The translations under genes and the position numbers were made by a program. Shown here in pieces: positions 10,468-19,589 of a stretch of 64,000 bases of DNA. Origin of the DNA: a plasmid; the sequence record AP025967.1; one strand, written 5' to 3'. The first letter of the stretch is position 1. Each line of letters opens with the position of its first letter. The notes under the pieces were generated by a model, which was not told the origin of the DNA, made no database searches, and worked only from the letters and a program-made list of their open reading frames with translations.

Positions 10468-10844
10468 TGTTTTAATGCTTTTGCGTGTATTGTATCCTTC
10501 AATAAAAAAGAAAGATCTACAAGAACAGCAGTCTTTTTTGGTTGAATTATAGAAAATTCTGTATCTTTATTGGACAAATCCATAATATGTAGTCCTATTT
10601 GCTAAATCTTGAAGGCAAAATGAGTCATCATTTTAAAAATATTATGTAAAAAGACCCCTCTATGTGCTAATGATGCTGTAATTCTAACATAAAAACATTA
10701 ATAAGAACTTACTTAGAGATAAGCAACTCATTTTCTTCTCCTTGTGAAAATTCTAATTCGATTAAGTCAAATAAACTTCGACCGTCATAATCTTTTTCAT
10801 CTTCAATTTGTCTTTTTGTTTTTTGCAAGGATATTGTAACATTT

Positions 10845-11111
10845 TTAATTATTAATATTTAAAGTTCTTGCCTCTTTTAAAATCAATTTTCTTATATAAG
10901 TGCCATATTCACTTGCTAAATCTAAAACCATTAATTTTTTCAAAATTTCCATTTCTTGTTCATTAAGTCTGCAAACTACTAAATTGTCTCTTCTTAGTTT
11001 TTGATCTATAGTTTTTCTTCCAGCCGATTTTTTATCAGCTTTCTTAAAAGTCTTTTGAGAGCTTGTTTCAGAGTTTAAAGCTTCTGCTATTGTAAAGGGT
11101 TTTTTTTCCAT
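10845..11111 (-). CDS. Small RHH-type partition or DNA-binding protein (ParG/CopG-like), copy A
   Basis: 88 aa: basic disordered N-terminus followed by a strand-helix-helix segment; directly downstream of parA. Confidence 0.45.
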   Translation of the reverse strand: MEKKPFTIAEALNSETSSQKTFKKADKKSAGRKTIDQKLRRDNLVVCRLNEQEMEILKKLMVLDLASEYGTYIRKLILKEARTLNINN

Positions 11112-11113
11112 TA

Positions 11114-11674
11114 TTATTTATCCTTTCTAATAAAATCTAAAAGTCTTTGATACTCATTGAAAAAATTTGTATAACTTAATCTTGAAAGATTGTTTTCATT
11201 ATAAAGTTCAGTAAAAGAAGCTCCACTACTCATAGAATTTTCAATTATCTTTGAAAATTTAAAGAAAAAAAGATTTAAATCTGTAAAATTGCTTTCAAGA
11301 GTTTCACAAATTTGCTTTTTTTCTTTCTCATCTCTATAGTCTGTAACTAAAATACAAACTTTACCATCATTACCTATTTCGTTTAAAGTTTCTAATGTTC
11401 TAAGTAAAGAATTATAATTACTCGTGCAAGGAACAATAATCTTATTGCTTTCTTTAATAATATCCAATACTCCTTTTTCTACAAACCCACCAAAATCATA
11501 AACGCAATTATCTATTTTTTTTGGAGTTGGTAAAATTTTTGCTTTTTCAGGATAAATTTTTTCTATAATAGAATTATCATTGCTTTGTAAAAAATATTCC
11601 AGATCTTTAGCAATTGAAAAAGCAAAAGGAGTTTTTCCAACACCACCTTTTTTATTTACAACAGATATTATCAT
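11114..11674 (-). CDS. parA: ParA-family partition ATPase, copy A
   Basis: Deviant Walker A 'KKGGVGKT' near the N-terminus; 186 aa, typical of small type Ib ParA. Confidence 0.8.
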   Translation of the reverse strand: MIISVVNKKGGVGKTPFAFSIAKDLEYFLQSNDNSIIEKIYPEKAKILPTPKKIDNCVYDFGGFVEKGVLDIIKESNKIIVPCTSNYNSLLRTLETLNEIGNDGKVCILVTDYRDEKEKKQICETLESNFTDLNLFFFKFSKIIENSMSSGASFTELYNENNLSRLSYTNFFNEYQRLLDFIRKDK

Positions 11675-11725
11675 AAAAAAACCTTTTTTATATTTTTGTA
11701 TAATATTATATACTAATATTTATTA

Positions 11726-11754
11726 ATAAGAACTAAAAATAAATATTAGTTATT
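11726..11754. promoter_or_regulatory. 13-bp inverted repeat (ACTAATATTTATT / AATAAATATTAGT) upstream of parA copy A; candidate operator or centromere
   Basis: Perfect palindromic arms separated by 13 bp, ~50 bp upstream of the parA start. Confidence 0.3.
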
Positions 11755-11999
11755 TTCGATTTAATATTTTCATAAACATCTTTTTCAATTTCTCTATCTT
11801 CTTTATGGTTAATTGCAACTTTATACCATTCTTTGTAGCATTTTTCACAATAACAGCTATATAAAACACAAATCATATATCCATCATTGCTTAATCTTCT
11901 ATTACAACTATCGCAAATGCCATAACCTCCAATTTTTAAAATTTCTTGTTTATTTAGTCTTAAGATTTTAAATTCTTTATTATTATCCATCTCTAGCAT
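11733..11999 (-). CDS. Cysteine-rich small protein (zinc-ribbon-like)
   Basis: 88 aa with CDSC...CYCEKC cysteine pairs. Confidence 0.4.
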   Translation of the reverse strand: MLEMDNNKEFKILRLNKQEILKIGGYGICDSCNRRLSNDGYMICVLYSCYCEKCYKEWYKVAINHKEDREIEKDVYENIKSKITNIYF

Positions 12000-12003
12000 T
12001 TTA

Positions 12004-12561
12004 TTACTCTCCTATCTTTTTCAAGATTAGCTCTTGATTTGTTTTTAAAATATTTCTTCTCTCTTTCTCTTTCTGCATTTCTTCTAATTCTTTTGCTATT
12101 TTCTTTTTAAAAAGATTAATGTAATATTTTTTGATTTTATCTATGAGTTCCTCATTAATTCTGCCTTTTTCATAATAAGAATTACATTTTAACAAAGCAA
12201 AAGTTTTGTATTCTAAAACATTAATTCCATCATAGTATTCCTGAAGCTTTAAAAGATCATCTTCTAATTCTTTTCTCAAAGAGTTGTTAAGTTTACTGAT
12301 AAAATTATCATCATAATCCACTTCTTTTGCACACTTTTTTTCACCAATTAAATGAATAGTTAGCAAAAACCCGTTCACTAGAAAAAAACTAGATACAAAA
12401 TAAGCATAGTAATTTTCTTCTTCTATAAAATAGGATAAAAATAGTGCAATAGCGATAGTTGAAAACAAGGCAAAAATTAACATAAGGATATTAACAACAC
12501 GATTTATTCTCAAAAACAAAATTTTATCCACAATCTTTTTTGACAAATTTACTACTCTCAT
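12004..12561 (-). CDS. Membrane protein with coiled-coil tail
   Basis: 185 aa; N-terminal TM segments then a K/E-rich helix. Confidence 0.4.
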   Translation of the reverse strand: MRVVNLSKKIVDKILFLRINRVVNILMLIFALFSTIAIALFLSYFIEEENYYAYFVSSFFLVNGFLLTIHLIGEKKCAKEVDYDDNFISKLNNSLRKELEDDLLKLQEYYDGINVLEYKTFALLKCNSYYEKGRINEELIDKIKKYYINLFKKKIAKELEEMQKEKERRNILKTNQELILKKIGE

Positions 12562-13088
12562 TTATCCTCCTTTAATATTTCTTTGCAACCTTCCTCATTA
12601 CATCTTAACTCAAAAAAGGTATCGTTTTCTTTGTTTTGCAAAACAACTTCAATGTGTTTATCGCCATAAACAGCCATTACAAATCCATATTTGTTTTCAT
12701 CAAAGCTTTTAATCTCTTTTCCTTTTAAATAAATAGAAATCTTTTTATCATTTTTTAATACAAGTCCTTGATCCGAAAAGAATTTAATATTTATTTCATT
12801 TTGAAAAGTAAAAAAGGCAATAAGCATTAAAAGAAAAATAGAACTTATCGATACAAAAATAATATTTGCTGTAGCAAATAGAGTTTCAAGCTCGGTTTTA
12901 TTCTCGTTAGAATCATTCAAAATTCTTTTTATATTAATAACACCAAAATAAATAAGTGCAATTCCAAGAATAAAAGATAAGATACCAAAATCATCTTTAA
13001 CACTACTAAATAAAAACCATAAGCCTGATAAAAAACATATTGCGTATGCTACTATTGTAATTTTTTTCATCTTTGATTTACACTCCAT
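12558..13088 (-). CDS. Membrane protein (3 TM plus a soluble C-terminal domain)
   Basis: 176 aa; start overlaps the stop of the upstream ORF. Confidence 0.4.
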   Translation of the reverse strand: MECKSKMKKITIVAYAICFLSGLWFLFSSVKDDFGILSFILGIALIYFGVINIKRILNDSNENKTELETLFATANIIFVSISSIFLLMLIAFFTFQNEINIKFFSDQGLVLKNDKKISIYLKGKEIKSFDENKYGFVMAVYGDKHIEVVLQNKENDTFFELRCNEEGCKEILKEDK

Positions 13089-13420
13089 GAAAGACCATTA
13101 ATAATGATTAAAAATATAAAATAAGAGCCATAAAGGTTTTTTAAACTTATATCAATATTAAAAATATAAAAAACCGCGACAAATATAGGCATTATAAATA
13201 ATGAGAGAGATAAAACATTAGATAATCCCCAAACAGCACAAATAGCTATAGTAAATACTATTAAAAGAGTTGTAATTGGAAAAAATACTATATTATCTTC
13301 GCCTACAAAATTTGCAAAATTACCACATATGAAATCTAAATTAGAAAAAATAAATTTTACAAATTCCCAAATTTCATTTTTAAAAATGCAAATTAAAGCG
13401 ATAATCGCAAAAATACACAT
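13067..13420 (-). CDS. Small membrane protein
   Basis: 117 aa, hydrophobic. Confidence 0.35.
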   Translation of the reverse strand: MCIFAIIALICIFKNEIWEFVKFIFSNLDFICGNFANFVGEDNIVFFPITTLLIVFTIAICAVWGLSNVLSLSLFIMPIFVAVFYIFNIDISLKNLYGSYFIFLIIINGLSWSVNQR

Positions 13421-13602
13421 TAATCAATCTTTTTTCTTTTTCATTGATTATCCTAATATATTGAAAATTTTTCTCTAAAAAAAATTTATCATTTTCTCCT
13501 ATAATAGCATTTTCGTAAAGATACTTTATTAAACCCTGTGCAAAATCATTATCTCTTTTATTTGAAAAATTTTCATTATAGTTTTTTATCACTTTTTCTA
13601 AG

Positions 13603-13791
13603 CTAGAACGCATAAAAAACCTTTCTATTTTTTCTCGAGCAATTAGGACATTTGAAAATAAATTTTTCATTCGGCTGAAACTCAACATAAATCTTTTCTC
13701 CGCATTTTTTGCACTCGATTTCTGTGCATAAAATCATAGAATGATTTTTGATTTTATCATTGAGCAAATATGAATACATAGTATTTTTCAA
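13603..13791 (-). CDS. Zinc-ribbon small protein
   Basis: 62 aa with CTEIECKKCG...CPNCS, i.e. two CxxC pairs. Confidence 0.4.
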   Translation of the reverse strand: MKNTMYSYLLNDKIKNHSMILCTEIECKKCGEKIYVEFQPNEKFIFKCPNCSRKNRKVFYAF

Positions 13792-13964
13792 ACTTATTCC
13801 TTTTGACTTATTTTAGTTGTAGTTCTTAAAATCTTCCCTATTATTATTGTAGGTATATCCCAAAGAGTATAATGGCTTTATAATGTATATATCGTTTTTC
13901 TTACACTCTTCCATCATTTGATTATAAGTCATTTTTTTGGGATATATCTTGATTTCATTTTTTT

Positions 13965-15113
13965 CTAATATTTCAAAATACCATAAAAATAAATCATCTT
14001 TGGCTTCTTTATACCGTCTTTCACATCTGCCCGGCTGAAATGGTTGTCCTCGTCCTCGGTAAGGCTCTCTAAATGGTCCAGGAACGCATAGGCGTCTCTC
14101 CGTATCTTCTGCTCGGATATGCCACACTTCAAGCCATAAGAGCACAACGCCATAATAGAAAAGTAACGCCCTCCGGCTTTCACTTCCTCGGTTATTTTCC
14201 GTTTCCACCACTCATATAAAGCTTCGTTACATACCCACGTACCGCCCTGCTTCTTACTTTTCTGCTTCGGCTCTCCCTGCACGATCCGCTTCTCATACCA
14301 TTCCGGGTACAGCTCCTTTGCTTCTTCCAGCGTAACGGTACTTTTTCTTCTCGGCTTCTCGTACAACGGAGCAAGGTCTACCTTACAGCTCGGTATGCTG
14401 GCTTTTATGTCCTCCAGCGTGTAACGGTTCTCTGACAGCTTATAGGCTTTTACTGGGAAATCTACACCCAGCTTCGACTGACTCCCCACACACCGGAAAC
14501 CTTGATAAATTCCGGTTATATCCGGGCTGTCCGGACGGATAGAGCTGGTATCATTCCATAGCCGCCGAATAAAGGCTTCTTTCAGCTCCGCAAGCACTTC
14601 TTCCCGGTTTCGATACAACTGAACCGGCTCCTGCAAGAAATAGTAAAGATGTACCCCCTTGCCGGAGCTGACAAGATAAGTCGGACGAAGCTGCACACCA
14701 TTCCCAAACTGCTTCAACAGGTTCTTTAACTGCTGTTTGCCTACATAATCCACGTCCACCACCACCGCAAACAGCTCATGAGCGTTCTCTTTCGTGTGTG
14801 ACTTTCCGTAAAAACTAATAGGCGGTATCAGCCCAAACCTATCTCCTATGACCTTATCCAGCATTTTCAGACTATCATCAATTACCCACTGCCGGGTTCT
14901 TCCTTTGCCAGACGGTCTAATCTGTGTCGCTATAATATTACCTTTTCCGTCCTCCGGCTCTTGCTGGAGACTGCCAGCCGGAAACAACTCCCGATAGAAA
15001 TCATGAGGACTTACTTCCGGGTATCCCCTCTCCAACATAAGGGCTTCTTTCTCCCGATAAGCAGACTTCCACTCATACCCTCTTTTATCTCTCCTTTTGG
15101 TGTATTTTGCCAT
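13965..15113 (-). pseudogene. Gram-positive-type plasmid replication-initiator/primase-like protein; C-terminus replaced at the island junction
   Basis: GC-rich ORF starting MAKYTKRRDKRGYEW at ATG 15113. From ~14000 the last ~12 codons read into AT-rich host DNA. Confidence 0.45.
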
Positions 15114-15122
15114 AGTCTTTTG

Positions 15123-15162
15123 CACCTCACTCCCTCTCGCCTTGACCGCTAATCTTATCAAT
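15123..15162. repeat. 40-bp direct repeat, copy 1 (CACCTCACTCCCTCTCGCCTTGACCGCTAATCTTATCAAT)
   Basis: Identical 40-mer recurs at 15223-15262, immediately upstream of the Rep start codon. Confidence 0.85.
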
Positions 15163-15222
15163 GAGTTTTTTTTACCTTTTTCCGTCAAGTATAAGGGAGT
15201 GCCTTTTTGATGTCAATATCTA

Positions 15223-15262
15223 CACCTCACTCCCTCTCGCCTTGACCGCTAATCTTATCAAT
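15223..15262. repeat. 40-bp direct repeat, copy 2
   Basis: Exact copy of 15123-15162, 100 bp centre to centre. Confidence 0.85.
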
Positions 15263-15305
15263 ACATTTTTGCACCTTTTTCTTCGTACCGACAAACTGGA
15301 ATTTG

Positions 15306-15728
15306 TTACTCTTTTGTATCGTAAATAATTTTGCCCGTAAAGTAAATTGAAATGTCCATTTGAACTAAATCTTCTGTTTCTAAGATAGATAAATAACCAG
15401 AATACAATACTTGATTATACCCGTATAATTCATCTACAATTTCAAAGCTATAGTTTTTGTATCTCTTTATAAAGCGTTCCAGTTCTAATTTCTCACCGTT
15501 GAATTTTCCATAGTTTCCCCATTTGCTCTGCAACATAACGCAGGTACAATCAAAATCCACACCTTCGATTGTGATGTTTCCCTCGACCTGTTCAAAAGGT
15601 TCTGTAAGTTTTTCATATCCGTCCTCGAATTCAAGGACTATTGTTTTATCTTGAATTATAATCTTTTTGACCCGCATATCATGCAGACTATATGGAATGG
15701 GCGGATTGTGTTTATATTCTGTCCTCAT
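15306..15728 (-). CDS. Hypothetical protein (140 aa) within the GC-rich island
   Basis: ORF with GC-rich codon usage like tet(O). No motif recognised. Confidence 0.45.
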   Translation of the reverse strand: MRTEYKHNPPIPYSLHDMRVKKIIIQDKTIVLEFEDGYEKLTEPFEQVEGNITIEGVDFDCTCVMLQSKWGNYGKFNGEKLELERFIKRYKNYSFEIVDELYGYNQVLYSGYLSILETEDLVQMDISIYFTGKIIYDTKE

Positions 15729-15766
15729 GAGACCTCCCCGTCAAATTCTAATTTATCGATTTCTTT

Positions 15767-16691
15767 TTACTTACTAATCATACCATACAACAGCATAAGA
15801 AACACTAAAATATTGCAGACCATACCGCCCCAAAACAGGTACAACTTCAAGCCCTCATATCTAAAAAAACTGTTCTTACTTTCCTCAAGCTCCCGGATCT
15901 TCTGCTTCATCACGCTCGTAAGTGTATCAGACTGCTTCTCAAGAAGCTTTGTAGCCCTCTGTATAGCCTCTATATTCGCCTGTAACGCCTTTCTAACCTC
16001 TTGGACGGTGTTTTCCTTAACCTCATCTTTCAGGCTCCCAATCTCGCCCGATATAGCGTCTTGAAGCAATTCGTTGCTGTTCTTCAGCAGCTCTACGCTC
16101 TGCTTCAGCTCGCTGATGAGCTTCCTGTTCTGCTCTGCGTCTCTCTGCCTGTTCTGCTCTGCCCTCACTTGTTCTTGATTTGACTGCTTCATCAATTCCT
16201 CGCAGTTCTCGCTCGACATCGCCAACGCTTCTTTGAGCAGACTGTTTTCCAGCTCTGTCCGGCTCTGTCGGTTTAACTCTTGAAGCTGCTCTCTTGGACT
16301 GCTCTGCTTCTGCTGTTCGTGCATTTCTCTCAAACTCATGCTCCATACTCTCCTTTCCAAAATCCATATTGTAGTATTTTTCCAGCTTGTTATCCCTGAT
16401 TTTACAAGCCTTTTCTCCTGCCTGTTCCCTGGCTAAGTCGGTATATGTGATGTACTTGTGGCTGTCCTGCCAGTCCACCCCGTACCCTCTTTCATTCATC
16501 AGCCGGATAAAGGTTTCCCGGCTGGTCGCTGTTTCCTTACAATCCAGCACCGCAAGGGCAATATCCTGCACATAGCTTTTGACCTTTCCCTGCTCTGCCT
16601 GTTTCAAAAGCTGGTAGGTGTCTTTGCTCCATGCCACCGTTTCTTCCCGGACTTCTCCAGCAAATGTCTTTCCTTTCTCCGGCACATGCAA
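15767..16691 (-). pseudogene. C-terminal remnant of a Pre/Mob (MobM-like) plasmid relaxase, frameshifted
   Basis: Two overlapping ORFs (16023-16691 and 15767-16360) in different frames encode an E/R/Q/A-rich coiled coil typical of Pre/Mob C-termini. No N-terminal relaxase domain upstream. Confidence 0.45.
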
Positions 16692-16888
16692 GCCCTGTTC
16701 CCAGCTCTGCTCGTTGCACCGTTCCTTTAAGTCTTTAAGGTCGTGCTTACTCAGAGGGTAATTTAGGGTATAACAAAATAACCCACCCGAATATCGTTTT
16801 TTTTATTTGGTGAGTTTGTTCTTTCAAATACGAAACAAAAAGAGCCGATGATTCGTGAATTGTTCCACAATTTCATCGGCTCTGCGTC

Positions 16889-17059
16889 TTAAGCGTCTGG
16901 CTCTTTGATGACAGTTATCTTCAAGTTGTCAACTTTAATCAATCTTTCTTGTCTGCATTTTGGACAATAAAGGGGATAATTCTCCAAAACAGTGTCCTTC
17001 CTAATTTTATTACGGGTTTTGCTCCCACAAACAGGACACAATATCCATTCGCATTTCAT
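16889..17059 (-). CDS. Cysteine-rich KTR-domain small protein (56 aa) downstream of tet(O)
   Basis: Manual translation gives MKCEWILCPVCGSKTRNKIRKDTVLENYPLYCPKCRQERLIKVDNLKITVIKEPDA, the conserved small protein that accompanies tet(M)/tet(O). Below the 60-aa ORF-track cutoff. Confidence 0.7.
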   Translation of the reverse strand: MKCEWILCPVCGSKTRNKIRKDTVLENYPLYCPKCRQERLIKVDNLKITVIKEPDA

Positions 17060-17113
17060 CATAATTAGTCTCTAATCCTTTCAAATCTCATTTTATATGA
17101 CTTTTGCAAGCTG

Positions 17114-19033
17114 TTAAGCTAACTTGTGGAACATATGCCGAACCTTATCTATACGGCTATTCGGGCGGCGGGGTTGGCAAATAAATTTACCAATAGCTGG
17201 CTGGTATCCTTTTAACTCTGTCAAGCAGACTCCCTGCCCATTTGTGAAATAAGTTAAATCGTTCCTGTATTCTTGAATACATCTAGCAGGGATTTCTCCT
17301 TTCAGAATGACCTCGTCATTCTTTATCTGAGTACTTACAATATCTGCACAATACCTTGGAGCATCATGATACGCCCGTGAGAGATATTCCTGCGGTGCAT
17401 AAATTTCAAAGTGGAGATATGGCTCTAATAGTTCTGTCCCTGCTTTTTTTAAAGCCTGCTCCAATACGATAGGGGAAAGCAGCCGAAAGTCTGCGGGGGT
17501 ACTTACAGGACTATAATACAATCCATATTCAAAACAGATTTTACAGTCTGTCACTTTCCATCCATACAGCCCCTGCTCGCAGCCATAAAGAACCCCCTCC
17601 ATAACCGCATTTTGGAACGATTGATTTAAATATCCAAGTGAAACTCTGCTTTCATACTGCACTCCGCTTCCAATAGGGAGCGGCTCTATGGACAACCCGA
17701 CAGAAGCCCAGAAAGGATTTGGCGGGACTTCTATGTGGATGGTATATTCTGCTTTTCTAAGCGGTCTTTCCATATATATAACAGTAGGCTCTTTTATTTC
17801 TGCCTCCACATGATATTTTTCCTCAAGGATGGCACAAATGACTTCCATCTGCACATTCCCCAAAAAAGAAAGTATAATCTCATGCGTTGTAGTATCCACA
17901 TAATATTTTAAAAGAGGGTCGCAATCTGAAATTTCTGTAAGTGCCCCAAGCAATATTTCCCGCTGTTCAGATTTCTTTACTGCAATCGTTGTTTGGATCA
18001 TAGGGAGAGGATTTTCAATAAATTTTCTCTGCGGCAACAGTATTTCGTTCCCCAAAATACTGTTTAGCTGCAAAACATCATTTGGTAAAATTACAATATC
18101 ACCAGAGCAGGCTGTATCGGATGAATATAATTCACCGTTTGTCGGAACATACATCTCTGTGATTTTTATTTTCTCTTTTTCAGATATTCTAATAACATCC
18201 CTCAAATGCAATGTTCCGCTATATATACGCACATAAACAAAACGCCGCCTTTTCTCTGAATATTCAATCTTAAAAACCTGCCCGCATAGTTCAGATTGAC
18301 CTTCAGGCGTTGATGAATAAAATTTACTGGCAATTACTTCTATAAGCTGCCGAATCCCCAGATTGTTTTTAGCGCTTCCGTGATAAACGGGAAATAACGT
18401 TCCGTTTTGGAATCTCCTGTTTTCTTCCTGTTCCAGTTCTGACATTTTAAACGGTTTCCCTGACATATATTTCTCTAATAGTTCATCGTTTCCCATAATT
18501 ACCGCATCCCACTGTTCCATATCGTCATTGTCCGTTACATTTATATGGGGATGCTGCCCAACCTTTTGCTTCACTATAATTTCCGAAGAAAGCTTTGCTT
18601 TCATTTCCCGATATACCATTGGCAAATCAATCCCCTCTTGGTCAATTTTATTGATGAAAAAAATTGTCGGAATCTTCATTATCTGTAGTGCATGAAACAG
18701 TATACGGGTCTGTGCCTGTATGCCATCCTTTGCAGAAACTAATAATACTGCTCCGTCTAATGCGGATAAAGAACGGTATACTTCCGCCAAAAAATCCATA
18801 TGGCCTGGCGTATCTATAATGTTGACTTTTACATCCTCCCACTGAAAAGATGTCACTGCTGTCTGGATAGTGATTCCCCTTTGACGCTCCAAATTCATTG
18901 TATCTGTCCTTGTTGTGCCTTCATCTACGCTCCCTAGTTCTGCAATTGCACCACTGGTATACAATAAACTTTCCGTTAATGTTGTCTTTCCTGCGTCAAC
19001 GTGAGCCAGAATGCCTAAGTTAATTATTTTCAT
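17114..19033 (-). CDS. tet(O): Ribosomal protection tetracycline-resistance protein Tet(O)
   Basis: 639 aa, GTPase motifs AHVDAGKTT and DTPGH. Full-length sequence matches Tet(O) rather than Tet(M). GC content far above the surroundings. Confidence 0.95.
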   Translation of the reverse strand: MKIINLGILAHVDAGKTTLTESLLYTSGAIAELGSVDEGTTRTDTMNLERQRGITIQTAVTSFQWEDVKVNIIDTPGHMDFLAEVYRSLSALDGAVLLVSAKDGIQAQTRILFHALQIMKIPTIFFINKIDQEGIDLPMVYREMKAKLSSEIIVKQKVGQHPHINVTDNDDMEQWDAVIMGNDELLEKYMSGKPFKMSELEQEENRRFQNGTLFPVYHGSAKNNLGIRQLIEVIASKFYSSTPEGQSELCGQVFKIEYSEKRRRFVYVRIYSGTLHLRDVIRISEKEKIKITEMYVPTNGELYSSDTACSGDIVILPNDVLQLNSILGNEILLPQRKFIENPLPMIQTTIAVKKSEQREILLGALTEISDCDPLLKYYVDTTTHEIILSFLGNVQMEVICAILEEKYHVEAEIKEPTVIYMERPLRKAEYTIHIEVPPNPFWASVGLSIEPLPIGSGVQYESRVSLGYLNQSFQNAVMEGVLYGCEQGLYGWKVTDCKICFEYGLYYSPVSTPADFRLLSPIVLEQALKKAGTELLEPYLHFEIYAPQEYLSRAYHDAPRYCADIVSTQIKNDEVILKGEIPARCIQEYRNDLTYFTNGQGVCLTELKGYQPAIGKFICQPRRPNSRIDKVRHMFHKLA

Positions 19034-19400
19034 GTGATTTTCCTCCTATCAACACCCAAAAAAGGGCATAAAAATACCCAGTGATAAATACTCCTATCAC
19101 TGGGTAAATAACTCCAATAGCCCCAAAACACTTATATGTTTTCGGGCATATAAAATCACATGATAAAAGTATTCTTAAACTGGGTACAAAAAACTAAGCC
19201 CCATATTAAAAGTGAAACGGGACTGCTACTTTTTGTTCCCACTATCAAATTGACAGTTTATTTAAGAATACCTTGCCGCATATTTATTAACTCCTTGTAT
19301 AATACTGAATCTAATTATATTCCTTAACCCTTTATTTGTCAAGCTGACAAACTAAAGCAGAAAAAGCGGCAGGATTTCCCCCTGCCACTAATCATCTGTT
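19034..19400 (-). promoter_or_regulatory. tet(O) upstream leader/promoter region at the right end of the GC-rich island
   Basis: GC-rich non-coding stretch with GGCAGG...CCTGCC hairpin potential. Composition drops to AT-rich beyond ~19400. Confidence 0.35.
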
Positions 19401-19589
19401 TATGCAAAAATAATTTCCAAGTTTTACTTCTGTAAAAATAAAATGTTCTTCATCGTTTTCGCAATAAAAAACAATATTAGAATACTCATTGGCTTTAAGT
19501 AGTAAATCTAAAATTTTCAAGTCTTCCTTTGAAATTTGTATGTGTAAATCTGTAATTTTGTTTGTATTCATTTTAACTCCTTGTATTTT

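Noticed and set aside
13813-14211. 132-aa ORF spanning the island's left junction
   Set aside because: Its N-terminal half is an alternative frame of the GC-rich Rep gene and its C-terminal half is AT-rich host sequence. It is a junction artefact or remnant of an interrupted host gene, not a functional protein.
14192-16730. Multiple overlapping short ORFs in the GC-rich island (14192-14374, 14961-15152, 15651-16064, 16001-16183, 16387-16575, 16458-16730, 16537-16719, 18648-18842)
   Set aside because: High GC content suppresses stops, so spurious ORFs abound in all frames. These overlap the Rep, Mob remnant and tet(O) frames and have Arg/Ser/Pro-rich nonsense translations.
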